From an uncultured Gammaproteobacteria bacterium (GTDB taxonomy: Bacteria; Patescibacteriota; Patescibacteriia; DYHP01): DNA of 64,000 nucleotides. The notes below the pieces were generated by a model. That model saw nothing but the letters and a program-made list of their open reading frames with translations. It was not told the origin of the DNA and did not search any database. Below are positions 31,314-41,084 of this stretch, one piece after another. The number at the start of each line of letters is the position of its first letter. Within the stretch, counting starts at the first letter, position 1. The DNA lies in assembly GCA_964525225.1 (NCBI GenBank), contig CAZGDX010000001.1, positions 40,654-104,653 of the forward strand, given 5' to 3'. The translations under genes were made by a program, and so were the position numbers.

Positions 31314-31940
31314 TTATTTTTCCGCTTCTTTGCGGCATTTTGCGATATGCCGTTCGCGAATAGGTCTTACGACAAGCTTGTTGATGAATGGAAAATACCA
31401 TGCAAGAACCAGCAGAGGGAATTTTAAAAGATATTCTTTGGCGCGATTTACCAGTTTCATCGATCTTGCGTCAAACGGCACGCCGATGAACTCATAAGCT
31501 TGATGATATGTACACATTTTAGCAAGAATGTGCCTAGCTAAAAACTCCATTTGAAATCTACGGGAATATTCCCAAAAGAAAAGTGTCAAATAAGTCATTG
31601 GAGGGTCTTCAATGGTTTGGGTAAATAACACTAGATTATCACGTCCAGTGGTTGATTCTTCAATAAGTATAACTCTTCTGACATTTTTTGGTAAACCATG
31701 ATGTTCAAACCACATTTGCATTGCCCGCGCTTCTGATAAATCGGTTCTATTTGTAAACCCACCAGCTAAATAAAGAGTAAAATCATACTTTGAGTTAGGT
31801 ATACCATATTTCGAATTGGATTCAACAAAATTTTCAACAGTACTTTTAACTGCCCCTAAATATCTTGATAGATTTCCGTCATTAACCGGATCTTTTGGTG
31901 CGCCATAACCATTGATGTATATCTTTGCACTCGTCGGCAT
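31314..31940 (-). CDS. YdcF/DUF218-like protein (accessory)
   Basis: LAGGFT..SEARAMQ..ILIEESTTGRDNL; own promoter and SD. Confidence 0.6.
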   Translation of the reverse strand: MPTSAKIYINGYGAPKDPVNDGNLSRYLGAVKSTVENFVESNSKYGIPNSKYDFTLYLAGGFTNRTDLSEARAMQMWFEHHGLPKNVRRVILIEESTTGRDNLVLFTQTIEDPPMTYLTLFFWEYSRRFQMEFLARHILAKMCTYHQAYEFIGVPFDARSMKLVNRAKEYLLKFPLLVLAWYFPFINKLVVRPIRERHIAKCRKEAEK

Positions 31941-32074
31941 TTTCTTGTCCCCGTTTCATTTTTTAAACAGCAGTCAATTTAATTTATCAGAAAGAGTAGT
32001 TTTTGTCAATAGTAAACAAAAAAACACCCGACTGCCGGATGCTCTTTGGTGCGCGCTTAGGGATTCGAACCCTA

Positions 32075-32188
32075 TGCCCTGTTAAATTCTCAAATGGACG
32101 GTGCAGGATTCGAACCTGCGACCCTCTCGGTGTAAACGAGATACTCTAACCAACTGAGCTAACCGTCCGATGAAGATTTAACGGGGTA
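32075..32188. mobile_element. 114-bp inverted-repeat-bounded insert carrying a tRNA-Val
   Basis: tgccctgttaaat (32075-32087) and atttaacggggta (32176-32188). Confidence 0.75.
32095..32168 (-). tRNA. tRNA-Val(UAC)
   Basis: Acceptor GGACGGT/ACCGTCC; anticodon arm TCTCG-TTTACAC-CGAGA; T arm GCAGG-TTCGAAT-CCTGC. Confidence 0.94.
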
Positions 32189-32229
32189 AATAAACGAGAT
32201 GCTCTAACCACTGAGTTAAGCGCGCGAAA

Positions 32230-32312
32230 TGCGGACGAGAGGACTCGAACCTCCACGGTCTTGCGACCACCACCCCCTCAAAGTGGCGTGTATGCCATTT
32301 CACCACGTCCGC
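32230..32312 (-). tRNA. tRNA-Leu(GAG)
   Basis: Acceptor GCGGACG/CGTCCGC; anticodon arm CCACT-TTGAGGG-GGTGG; long variable arm. Confidence 0.94.
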
Positions 32313-32377
32313 GTATTTTTATTGTATATTTTTAAAGATTATATTTTGTTTATTTCATCGGATTAGTGTTTTGATGC

Positions 32378-32429
32378 GCCCGCCACGCAAGACAGCTTGC
32401 TGGCGTTGCGGGCAGGCCACGTCCGCGTA
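32378..32429. repeat. GCCCGC..GCGGGCAGG hairpin followed by a 13-bp duplicate of the tRNA-Leu 5' end
   Basis: ccacgtccgcgta occurs at 32303-32315 and 32417-32429. Confidence 0.7.
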
Positions 32430-32543
32430 ATTTAATTTCAAATTGCAGATTTCAGATTTTACAATTTGAATTATTTTATCATAAATTTTTAATTTTGTCC
32501 AGTTTCACCGCCATCTGTGTTATCTGTGTTCCATAATCTGCGG

Positions 32544-33326
32544 TCAGAACATTCTCTCTTTTCCGGTTATCATCTTCAGCTTTTGGGGCACTACTTCAAT
32601 ATTTGCTTCCGAAGTTTCTATTTTGGCGCCATCCGCGAAAATTGAAAACAGACCCCCCGATTTTATGCGTATTTTTTTGACCGGAAGAATACTGATCCTT
32701 TCCTTGGAAAGATTTTTTGGATTTCCCAGCCACCATCTTACTTTGCCGAAAACCGAAGACAGGGGAGTGGCGATATAAAGGTCTAGATTGCCGTCGCATG
32801 GCCGCGACATTTTGGGTTCTACGGAAGAATCGGCGGCTATCGGCAAATTATGCACGTAAACGCTTGCAACATTTTCGGGATGGATCGTGAAGTTTTCATT
32901 ACAGATTATCGGCAAAGTGGTTTGCGGTATTGAAATGCTTCCAAAAAAGAATTTGTTGTTTATTTTTCCGATATCCATTTTTTTGATAATTCTCGCCGAG
33001 AGCACGTCGCATGCCGTTTCTCCTTCCGGAATCCCTAAAAATTTGGCGATTTTGTTTGGAGAGCCGACGGGAATAATTCCGAAAGTTAAATTAAAATCCG
33101 GAATCACTTCTAGAACCTTTCTGACTGTGTCGTCATTCCCGACAACCACTATTGTTTTCATTTCTCGGCGCACAGCGTCATGCAAAATTTCTTTCGGATT
33201 TTTAAAAGTGGAAATGCGATCAATACGTCCTTGGATTCCAAGGTCGGTAAGCCGCGTTTCAATTACCGCCAGTGTCTTCGCATATTTTATCTCTGTCAGA
33301 AAATTATCGTACAGATATGTATACAT
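32544..33326 (-). CDS. Diacylglycerol-kinase family protein
   Basis: IVVVGNDDTV, GIIPVGSPNKIAKFLGIP, MDIGKIN, ADG. Confidence 0.8.
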   Translation of the reverse strand: MYTYLYDNFLTEIKYAKTLAVIETRLTDLGIQGRIDRISTFKNPKEILHDAVRREMKTIVVVGNDDTVRKVLEVIPDFNLTFGIIPVGSPNKIAKFLGIPEGETACDVLSARIIKKMDIGKINNKFFFGSISIPQTTLPIICNENFTIHPENVASVYVHNLPIAADSSVEPKMSRPCDGNLDLYIATPLSSVFGKVRWWLGNPKNLSKERISILPVKKIRIKSGGLFSIFADGAKIETSEANIEVVPQKLKMITGKERMF

Positions 33327-33383
33327 AATATAAAATTCAGAATTATGGATTTGAAATTCTGAATTAAAATTCTCCGGTAAATT

Positions 33384-33785
33384 TTATCTTTCAGTTATTT
33401 CGGCTTCTTTTTCCCGCGCCACGCGCCCATTCGGTTTTTCCGCCGTTGCGTTTTCTCCCACAGCGCATTTTCCGTTCAGGTTGGCGCCTGCCTCAATTGA
33501 CAAAATATTCGCGGAAACATCTCCCTTTACGTTCGCGGTCCGCAAAATATCAAGCCGCCCTTTTATGCGGATGTCGCCTTTTATTTCTCCGGCTATGATT
33601 CCATTTTGCGCGGAAATATTCGCGACTATTTTTGCTTGTTCGCCTATGTTAATATCATCTTCTGTTTTTATGTTTCCCGCAACATCTCCGTCAATTATTA
33701 ATTTTCCTTTGCTTACGAACTCTCCTTCAACGCGAACACCGGCGGCTATAATTGTTTCCCCTCCCTGTTCTTCTTTTTTAAACAT
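33384..33785 (-). CDS. Bactofilin (polymer-forming cytoskeletal protein)
   Basis: TIIAAGVRVEGE..IDGDVAGNI..LSIEAGANLNGKC beta-helix repeats. Confidence 0.9.
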   Translation of the reverse strand: MFKKEEQGGETIIAAGVRVEGEFVSKGKLIIDGDVAGNIKTEDDINIGEQAKIVANISAQNGIIAGEIKGDIRIKGRLDILRTANVKGDVSANILSIEAGANLNGKCAVGENATAEKPNGRVAREKEAEITER

Positions 33786-33897
33786 ATGAGAAATTTCAGA
33801 TTGCAGATTTCAGATTGCAGATTTTTAAATCCGCCTCTGCCCGCAAAATTATTTTATTTTGTGATTTTAAATTAACACAAAAAGTTTGGGTAGTCAA

Positions 33898-35610
33898 TTA
33901 CATCTTTTTTAACGGTTCTATGCCTAATAATTTTAATCCTTTTTCAAAAACAATCTGCAAATTGCGCAAGAAATACAATCTGGCCGTTTTTGTTTCTTTT
34001 CCGGCTCTTAAAACATTTTCATCGCGGTAGAAATCGCTGAAATCTTTTGCCAGTTCGTAAAGATATTTTGTCAGTTCGGATGGGTCGTAATTTATTTCGG
34101 CAGTTTTCAGCACTTCGCCAAAGCGAGCCAGGTCGGATATGATTTTGTGTTCGTTGTCGCCCAAAAGTTTTTCGTAATTTATTTTTCCGAAGATTTTCGG
34201 CGACTTGACTTTTTCAAAAATGTTTGCCATTCTGGCGTAAGTATAAAGAAGGTACGGGCCGGTGTTGCCGGCGAAGGAAAGAGAAGCGCGCGGGTCAAAA
34301 ATCATGCTGTTTTTCGGTCCGACATTTAAAATAAAATATTTCAAAGCCGCAAGCGCGATCGGCGTAGCGCGTTTTTCAACTTCTTTTTCTTTCAGAAAAT
34401 CGTGCCGGGTTTTTATTTCGTTGATTGCGTAATCTTCCAGTTTGTTAATTAAATCATCGGCGTCTACCACCGTGCCTTCGCGGGATTTCATCCGTCCTTC
34501 CGGCAAATTGACAATGCCATAACTTAAATGTTTCACGTCAAATTTGCGCCCGAGTTTTTTTAGTATCTGGAATAATTGTTTGAAAGACAAATCCTGTTCA
34601 CTCCCGACAACATAAATAAGGGCTGAAATTTTATTTTCTTTAAAAACTTTTTCCGCGTAAGCAAGGTCGGTGGTAATGTAAACCGCAGTGCCGTCGGCGC
34701 GTAAAAGCACGCGGTCGGGCAAGCCGTCCAATTTTGCGATTATGTTTTTATTTTCATCTTTTATAAAAATTCCTTTCTTAAAATTTTCCAAGACAATTTC
34801 TTTTCCTCGTTTGTAGATTTTACTTTCAAAATATTCTTTATTAAATTTAATTCCAAGTTTTTTGTAAGTTTCTTTGTATCCTTTTTGCGCCCAGCGGTTC
34901 ATTTTTTTCCAAAGTTCTAATGTTTTTTTATCTCCATCTTCCCATTTTTGAAGGAGTATTTTTAATTCTTCTTCAATTTCCGAATTGCCTTTTCCGCGTT
35001 GTTCAAACATCACATAATATTTTCCGACAAGGTGGTCGCTTTTCATGCCCGCGCTTTCCGGAGTTTCGCCATTTCCGAATTTTTCGTACATCAGAAGACA
35101 TTTGGAAATTCCCATTCCGCGGTCGTTATTCAGAACCCCGCGGATTACCTTGTATCCGGCCGTTTCAAAGATGTTTGAAACGGCCTCGCCCAGAAATCCG
35201 TTTCGCAAATGTCCCAGGTGGAGCGGCTTGTTGGTATTCGGAGAAACATATTCTATATAAACTTTTTTTCCGCGCCCGTCAGAAGAATTTCCGTATTTAT
35301 TTTTTTCTTTGGCGATTTGCTTCAGAGTCATCTCCGCGAATTTTTTTCTGTTAACACGGAAATTCAGGTAGGGCCCGGAATTTTCAATGGCAACAACCAA
35401 TCCGGATGGTTTTATTCTTTCTTTTAATTTCGCGGCAATATTTTGCGGAGAATTTTTTAATTCTTTTGCCAGTCCGAAGCAGGGAAATGAAAAGTCGCCC
35501 ATTTTTTGATTAGGCGGAACGATTATGTTGTTTTCGGATATATCCGCTTTGGCGGAGGCATTTTTTATGAGTTTCGTGATTTCTTTTTTGATTTTTAGAG
35601 ATGGTGTCAT
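33898..35610 (-). CDS. argS: Arginyl-tRNA synthetase
   Basis: EYVSPNTNKPLHLGHLRN, MKSREG, GNTGPYLLYTYAR. Confidence 0.97.
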   Translation of the reverse strand: MTPSLKIKKEITKLIKNASAKADISENNIIVPPNQKMGDFSFPCFGLAKELKNSPQNIAAKLKERIKPSGLVVAIENSGPYLNFRVNRKKFAEMTLKQIAKEKNKYGNSSDGRGKKVYIEYVSPNTNKPLHLGHLRNGFLGEAVSNIFETAGYKVIRGVLNNDRGMGISKCLLMYEKFGNGETPESAGMKSDHLVGKYYVMFEQRGKGNSEIEEELKILLQKWEDGDKKTLELWKKMNRWAQKGYKETYKKLGIKFNKEYFESKIYKRGKEIVLENFKKGIFIKDENKNIIAKLDGLPDRVLLRADGTAVYITTDLAYAEKVFKENKISALIYVVGSEQDLSFKQLFQILKKLGRKFDVKHLSYGIVNLPEGRMKSREGTVVDADDLINKLEDYAINEIKTRHDFLKEKEVEKRATPIALAALKYFILNVGPKNSMIFDPRASLSFAGNTGPYLLYTYARMANIFEKVKSPKIFGKINYEKLLGDNEHKIISDLARFGEVLKTAEINYDPSELTKYLYELAKDFSDFYRDENVLRAGKETKTARLYFLRNLQIVFEKGLKLLGIEPLKKM

Positions 35611-35724
35611 AATAATTTTATTATGAACTAAAATACTTAATTTGACAACGGCTCAAAATTCGGATGTAATGATTAAATAAGGTCTGTTCAAGGTCTTTAA
35701 AAAACAAAGAAAAGAGGAAATGGA

Positions 35725-35988
35725 ATGTCTTTTGTAAAACTTATCATTAAATTTGGCGGTGTTGGCGCGATTTTTTTGGTTATTGCCGCAGGTTTTTATA
35801 AAATGTGCGCCGTTATATCCGGTATGGTCGCGAGCGGAAATCCGGTTGACATCTTTTGCGGTTATCTTAGCTTGATTTTTTTGTCCGTAATGGCGATTTT
35901 ATTCGCGATTTTTATCGTGTCTATCATTGTATTTATTATAAAAATAAAACGGAGCGGCAAAGATGATAATAAAAAAGACGATTCGTAA
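35725..35988 (+). CDS. Hypothetical membrane protein (accessory)
   Basis: Two TM helices; promoter at 35642-35670 and GAGG SD. Confidence 0.6.
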   Translation: MSFVKLIIKFGGVGAIFLVIAAGFYKMCAVISGMVASGNPVDIFCGYLSLIFLSVMAILFAIFIVSIIVFIIKIKRSGKDDNKKDDS

Positions 35989-36166
35989 GCTTGTTGTTAT
36001 CGCGTATTTTATTATTTTTTATGCGCTGTCCTGGGGCGCCGTGTATTTATGGATTACAGATAAGAACGAATTTAAATCAATAGCCGCGTTCGCCTTGGGT
36101 TTATTTCTTATTTTTGCGATACCGGCATCTTTTTGGTTCTTTATAAAGAACAAAAAACGGCCTTAA
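35963..36166 (+). CDS. Hypothetical membrane protein (accessory)
   Basis: Two TM helices; GGAG SD inside the upstream gene; terminator follows. Confidence 0.55.
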   Translation: MIIKKTIRKLVVIAYFIIFYALSWGAVYLWITDKNEFKSIAAFALGLFLIFAIPASFWFFIKNKKRP

Positions 36167-36277
36167 ATGGCTTTCTCCCGCATAATTTTGCGGGGGATTT
36201 TGTTTTGCCCTTGCATTATTTTTTAATATATGATAATCTATTTTAAGTTAAATTCGGAGGAAATACACATAAACACT

Positions 36278-36874
36278 ATGAAAAATTACGAAATTTTATT
36301 GATAATAAATCCGCAATTCAGCGATGAGGAAGTGCCATCCGTATTGGAAGGCGTTTTTGAAATTATAAAAAGAAACAGCGGCGAAATAAAAGAACACAAA
36401 ATTTTAGGAAGAAACAAGCTTGCTTATCCGATAAAACGCGCGAAATTCGGAATTTATGTCCTGACGCAAATGGAAATTGACCCGCTTCAAATGGAAAAAT
36501 TGGGTAAAGAAATAACAATGATGCCTGAAATTTTGCGGCTTGATGTTTCTAATGAGGTCTCCAAAGGGGATTTTTCCTTCAAGCCGTTTGGGACAAAAGA
36601 ATTAAACGAAACCGAAGTTTCAGGAATGCCGGCGCGCGAAGAGAATGTTCATCCTGAGCATAAAGCTTCGGACGGCAACGCGGAAAGCGCGGTGGAAAAT
36701 TTTGATGCCGCGCAACCGGTTGCTGCCGTTGAAGTTCCGGAAAAACTTGTCGAAGAACCGGAAGTTGCTCCGGCAATCGCGGAAGATGCGGAAAAGAAAG
36801 CAAAAGATTCCAAAGCATCTCTTGATGAATTGGATAAAAAATTAGACGAAATTTTAAAAGAAGAGATTATATAA
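36278..36874 (+). CDS. rpsF: 30S ribosomal protein S6 with long acidic tail
   Basis: MKNYEILLIINP..LGRNKLAYPIK; sits before ssb-rpsR. Confidence 0.92.
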   Translation: MKNYEILLIINPQFSDEEVPSVLEGVFEIIKRNSGEIKEHKILGRNKLAYPIKRAKFGIYVLTQMEIDPLQMEKLGKEITMMPEILRLDVSNEVSKGDFSFKPFGTKELNETEVSGMPAREENVHPEHKASDGNAESAVENFDAAQPVAAVEVPEKLVEEPEVAPAIAEDAEKKAKDSKASLDELDKKLDEILKEEII

Positions 36875-36989
36875 CTTATAAGGTACAAAACCTCCACAGA
36901 TTTCTATCACAGATTTTCACAGATAAAAAAATTAATCTGTGCGTATCTGTGAAAAATATCTGCGGTGGTCTGGTACCGATAAAACGTTT

Positions 36990-37475
36990 ATGGCAAGTTT
37001 AAACCGCGCGACTTTAATAGGAAATTTAACCCGCGACCCGGAATTCCGGACAACGCCAACAGGGCAGTCGGTAGTTTCGTTCGCGATTGCCACAAATCAT
37101 TCTTGGCTTGACGCGAATAAGCAGAAGCAGGAAAAAGCCGAATTTCACAATATAGTCGCATGGGGCAAGCTTGCTGAAATCTGCAATCAATACTTAAAGA
37201 AAGGAAGAAAGGTTTATATTGACGGGCGTCTTCAAACCCGCGATTGGCAAGGGCAGGATGGCGTGAAAAGATACCGCACTGAAATTGTTGCCGACAATAT
37301 GATAATGCTTGACCGCGGAAATCAGGCCGGACAAACTTACGGCGAAGCGGGAATATCCGCTCCGGTGATGCACCAGGCGATGGGAAATTCGCAGTCGTAT
37401 GCTTCAGAAGAAATTCCGACAATTCAGCAGGAAGCGCCGGTTCAGGCCGTTGCCGAGGAAGAAGTTCCGTTTTAA
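36990..37475 (+). CDS. ssb: Single-stranded DNA-binding protein
   Basis: LNRATLIGNLTRDPE..EFHNIVAWGKLAE; C-terminal EEVPF. Confidence 0.97.
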   Translation: MASLNRATLIGNLTRDPEFRTTPTGQSVVSFAIATNHSWLDANKQKQEKAEFHNIVAWGKLAEICNQYLKKGRKVYIDGRLQTRDWQGQDGVKRYRTEIVADNMIMLDRGNQAGQTYGEAGISAPVMHQAMGNSQSYASEEIPTIQQEAPVQAVAEEEVPF

Positions 37476-37492
37476 TCAAATTATTATAAATT

Positions 37493-37738
37493 ATGAGTGA
37501 AACAAAAACAACGCAAAATAAGAAGAAAACAACGCCTCATTCTTTTTGCTATTTCTGCGTTAAAAATATTAAAGAAATAGATTACAAAGACGTGGAATTG
37601 CTTAAAAAGTTTATGTCTTCTTACTGCAAAATCGTGGCTAAAAAAAGAAGCCATGTTTGCAATTGGCATCAAAGAAAACTCTCCAAAGCCATCAAAAGAG
37701 CGAGAGTTATGGGTCTGGTTCCGTTTGTTGAAGACTAG
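37493..37738 (+). CDS. rpsR: 30S ribosomal protein S18
   Basis: CYFC..IDYKDVELLKKF..HQRKLSKAIKRARVMGLVPF. Confidence 0.96.
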   Translation: MSETKTTQNKKKTTPHSFCYFCVKNIKEIDYKDVELLKKFMSSYCKIVAKKRSHVCNWHQRKLSKAIKRARVMGLVPFVED

Positions 37739-37834
37739 GTCACTACGAAATTACGAAAAACGCGTACGAAAGTACGAAAACACTGAATAGAATTTAGTAA
37801 TTTCGTAAATTTTAGTAATTTAGTAGTATTTTTT

Positions 37835-38407
37835 ATGTCCGTCTTACCAAACTTAAATTCAATTAAAACTGGCTTGCGTATTCTTTGGAATGGCGAGCCA
37901 TATTTGGTCGTTACCGCTAATTTTGTAAGAATGCAACAAAGAAAGCCGGTAATGCAAACGAAGCTTAAAAATTTGATTACCGGAAAGGTTTTGGAATACA
38001 GCTTCCATCCGGGCGACAATGTTGAAGAAGCCGATTTGGAAAGAATAAAAGCCAGTTTTTTATACAAGACCGATACAGAGGCCTGTTTTATGGACAGCTC
38101 TTCTTATGAGCAATTTTCTTTGGAACTTCCAACCGTTGCGGATAAGATAAAATATTTAAAAGAAGGCGATGAAGTTGATATTTTGAAATTTGAAGGGCGT
38201 CCAATCAGCTTGGAAATTCAAAAGAAAATAACTTTGAAAGTGGTATCGGCCCCGCCCGGAGTAAAAGGCGATACCGCGGGCGGAAATGTCACCAAAGAAG
38301 CCGAACTTGAAAATGGCTTGATGGCCCGCGTTCCGTTGTTTATAAATGAAGGCGACAGTGTAGTTATCAATACAGATACGGGAGATTACGTGGAGCGAGC
38401 GAAGTGA
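37835..38407 (+). CDS. efp: Elongation factor P
   Basis: PPGVKGDTA..VPLFINEGD..INTDTGDYVERA. Confidence 0.95.
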   Translation: MSVLPNLNSIKTGLRILWNGEPYLVVTANFVRMQQRKPVMQTKLKNLITGKVLEYSFHPGDNVEEADLERIKASFLYKTDTEACFMDSSSYEQFSLELPTVADKIKYLKEGDEVDILKFEGRPISLEIQKKITLKVVSAPPGVKGDTAGGNVTKEAELENGLMARVPLFINEGDSVVINTDTGDYVERAK

Positions 38408-38580
38408 GATTTTAAAAAAGCCCTCTGTGAAAACGGAGGGCTTTTTGGTTGACAAAAATCCATTTTTATGATAATCTTTTATGAATGTTCTTTGAAATTG
38501 TGTTATGATGTAATCATAATTAATAAAATTATATTATTATGAATTTACCCGAACAAATAAAAAATCAAGAAGGAGCGAAA

Positions 38581-38817
38581 ATGGAACAAGAACAAACTCC
38601 GGAGCAGATTGAGGCCGTCGTAAAGGAAGCCCTTGAGAAAGCATTGGTTTTTGATATGGTTTATGACGGCCAAGAGGTTTGGGATTGTGTCTGTATGGAA
38701 GAGAATGGCGGATTGTACATATCTATCATTGAAGATGATGGTGAAATCGGAATGGGTATTCCGGCAGATATGGAGAATATAAATAAAGTTGCTCTCAAAT
38801 GGCCTTTTAATGAATAA
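38581..38817 (+). CDS. Hypothetical acidic protein (accessory)
   Basis: AGGAG SD before ATG 38581; own TTGACA promoter; ATG 38539 is an alternative start. Confidence 0.55.
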   Translation: MEQEQTPEQIEAVVKEALEKALVFDMVYDGQEVWDCVCMEENGGLYISIIEDDGEIGMGIPADMENINKVALKWPFNE

Positions 38818-39265
38818 AAATATGAAAAGAGCTCAAAATATCGTAGTCGCGTCCGGACCGGTTATTATAGAAAACGGCGAAGTTTTGTTGAATAGGCACG
38901 GCGATGATGATTTTTGGAAATTTTTGGGCGGAAAAGTTGAACCAAAAGACGTCGTTGGGGAAAATTCTTTGGAAGACACTTGTAGGAGAGAAGCAAAAGA
39001 AGAAAACGGTTTTGATATTGAAATAATTTGCCCGCTTAAGCCGATAATGATCCGAAAACCCGGCAGTAAAGATGAGTTTGTTGTGTTAATTCATTTTTTG
39101 GCAAAAAGAAAGGGCAAAAAGATTAAATTGGGAAGCGATATTCGCGAGTTTGGAAAGTTTAATATCGTTAAATTGGTAAAAGGAAAGTATAAGGAAAAAT
39201 TCGCCCCGAACATAATTTCGGTTTTAAAAAATTATTTGGAGTTGAAGAGAAAGAAAATATTATAA
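38810..39265 (+). CDS. NUDIX hydrolase
   Basis: WKFLGGKVE..CRREAKEENG Nudix box. Confidence 0.85.
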   Translation: MNKNMKRAQNIVVASGPVIIENGEVLLNRHGDDDFWKFLGGKVEPKDVVGENSLEDTCRREAKEENGFDIEIICPLKPIMIRKPGSKDEFVVLIHFLAKRKGKKIKLGSDIREFGKFNIVKLVKGKYKEKFAPNIISVLKNYLELKRKKIL

Positions 39266-39308
39266 AACCAAAAGACGGGAAGTTATCCCGTCTTTTTTAA
39301 TTTCCGAT

Positions 39309-40370
39309 TTACTGTGTGGCGGCTTCTTTTGCTTTTACCGCTTCCCATGTTTGTTTGCGAAGCGTTGCCATAAGCGCGGGGTTTCCTTTTATATATGCTT
39401 TGGCGTTTTCTCTGCCGACGCCGAGTTTTTCCTCGCCAAAAGTATAAGAATTTCCGCTCTTGGTAATGACATTTAATTCCGTGCCCAAGTCCACCAAATC
39501 CCCGGATACCGAGATGCCTTCGTTATACATAATATCAAATTCGCAGGCGCGGAACGGCGGAGCGACTTTGTTTTTTACAATCTTCACTTTTACGCGGTTG
39601 CCGGTAATATTTTCTCCCTGCTTTAATTGCGCGGCTTTGCGCACTTCAATGCGGACGGAAGAATAAAATTTAAGCGCGTTTCCGCCGGTTGTTGTTTCCG
39701 GATTTCCAAAAAATACTCCTATTTTGTGGCGGATTTGGTTGATAAAGATAACAACCGTCTTGCTTTTAGCGCTGATGCCGGCAAGTTTTCTAAGCGCTTG
39801 GCTCATTAAACGGGCTTGTAGGCCCATATGCGACGCGCCCATTTCTCCTTCAATTTCCGCTTTTGGCACAAGCGCGGCAACCGAATCCACTACGATTACA
39901 TCAATGCCATTTGAGCGCACCAGCGTTTCCACAATATCAAGAGCTTGCTCCCCGGTATCCGGTTGAGAGATAAGCAAATCGTCTATGTTCACGCCGATTT
40001 TTTTCGCGTATTCAGGATCAAGCGCGTGTTCTGCGTCTACAAACGCGGCAATGCCTCCATTTTTTTGAACTTCAGCGATAATATGTTGGGTGAGCGTGGT
40101 TTTCCCCGATGCTTCAGGTCCAAAAATTTCAATGACGCGTCCGCGCGGAACTCCTCCGCCCAAGGCAATATCCAGAGATAAACAGCCGGTTGAAATTGTT
40201 TCTACAAACATTTTCTTGGCTTCGCCGAATTTCATTATGGAACCGGCGCCAAATTTTTCTCTGATTTGGGCAATGGCAAGCCCGGCGGCTTTAAACCGTT
40301 CGTCATATTCCCCCTGCGCCCCGCATTCCTGCGGGACGATTTTTCCTCCATCCTTTTCTTTTTTCGTCAT
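39309..40370 (-). CDS. recA: Recombinase RecA
   Basis: [38 protein letters not shown]. Confidence 0.99.
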   Translation of the reverse strand: MTKKEKDGGKIVPQECGAQGEYDERFKAAGLAIAQIREKFGAGSIMKFGEAKKMFVETISTGCLSLDIALGGGVPRGRVIEIFGPEASGKTTLTQHIIAEVQKNGGIAAFVDAEHALDPEYAKKIGVNIDDLLISQPDTGEQALDIVETLVRSNGIDVIVVDSVAALVPKAEIEGEMGASHMGLQARLMSQALRKLAGISAKSKTVVIFINQIRHKIGVFFGNPETTTGGNALKFYSSVRIEVRKAAQLKQGENITGNRVKVKIVKNKVAPPFRACEFDIMYNEGISVSGDLVDLGTELNVITKSGNSYTFGEEKLGVGRENAKAYIKGNPALMATLRKQTWEAVKAKEAATQ

Positions 40371-40394
40371 AGGATGTTTTTAATTATTAATTTT

Positions 40395-41066
40395 TTAATT
40401 ATTTTTTTCTTCGTCAAAAATTATTTTTCTGTAAATTATGTTTTCTTTGCTGTATTTTTTCGCCGCGGAGATTTTTATAACATTCAGACCGTGTTGCAAA
40501 TCTATCTCTTCATTGAATGTCCCGTCGGCATTTGGCATTACCGATTCGCCGTTTATTTTTATTCTTGTTTCTTTTTCGCTTTTTCCGGTTATTGAAAGTA
40601 TCGGGCTTTTTACTATTGTTTCGTCGGTCGGTTCAAAGATTTCCAGATTCGGGGGAGAAGTTATTTTTTTAATTTCCAGTCCGAGATAAGTGGCAAAGGA
40701 AATTATAATAAGACCCAAAACCGCGTATTTTGTTACGTGCGCCGGAAAAACAAAACATGGTTTTCCCATTCTTTTTTGGACTGTTTTATTGGTTTTATTT
40801 TTGCTTATTTCGGAAAAATACGCGTTTACAAACGGCGCGGGGTCTTGCTTGAAAAATTTAATGTAAGCGATTATATAATTTTTGGTATAAATTTCATCCG
40901 GCAAATCCGCGTAATTATTTTCTTCCAACGCTTCTATATATTTTTTATGTATGAAAATTTTTTTCGCGAGTCGTTTGACGGAGTAAAGATTTTTTTCGCG
41001 CAGATTTTTCAGTTTTTCGCCCAGTGTTGTTTCTGCCCCGATTTTTTTTACGGAGAAAGAATGCAT
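40395..41066 (-). CDS. RodZ-like HTH-TM-Ig domain protein
   Basis: TLGEKLKNLRE..YIEALEENNYADLP, a TM helix, and an Ig-like C-terminus; follows ftsK. Confidence 0.75.
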   Translation of the reverse strand: MHSFSVKKIGAETTLGEKLKNLREKNLYSVKRLAKKIFIHKKYIEALEENNYADLPDEIYTKNYIIAYIKFFKQDPAPFVNAYFSEISKNKTNKTVQKRMGKPCFVFPAHVTKYAVLGLIIISFATYLGLEIKKITSPPNLEIFEPTDETIVKSPILSITGKSEKETRIKINGESVMPNADGTFNEEIDLQHGLNVIKISAAKKYSKENIIYRKIIFDEEKNN

Positions 41067-41084
41067 ACAAAAACAGGAATTAGT

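Larger units (their letters stand above)
32047..32225 (-). pseudogene. Split tRNA-Val remnant (5' half 32191-32225, 3' half 32047-32074)
   Basis: GCGCGCT..D arm..TCTCG-TTTA | insert | TAGGG-TTCGAAT-CCCTA-AGCGCGC-ACCA. Confidence 0.85.

Noticed and set aside
32075-32190. tRNA intron (group I or bulge-helix-bulge type)
   Set aside because: Too short for group I, contains a whole tRNA, and removing it would not restore the missing 3' anticodon arm.
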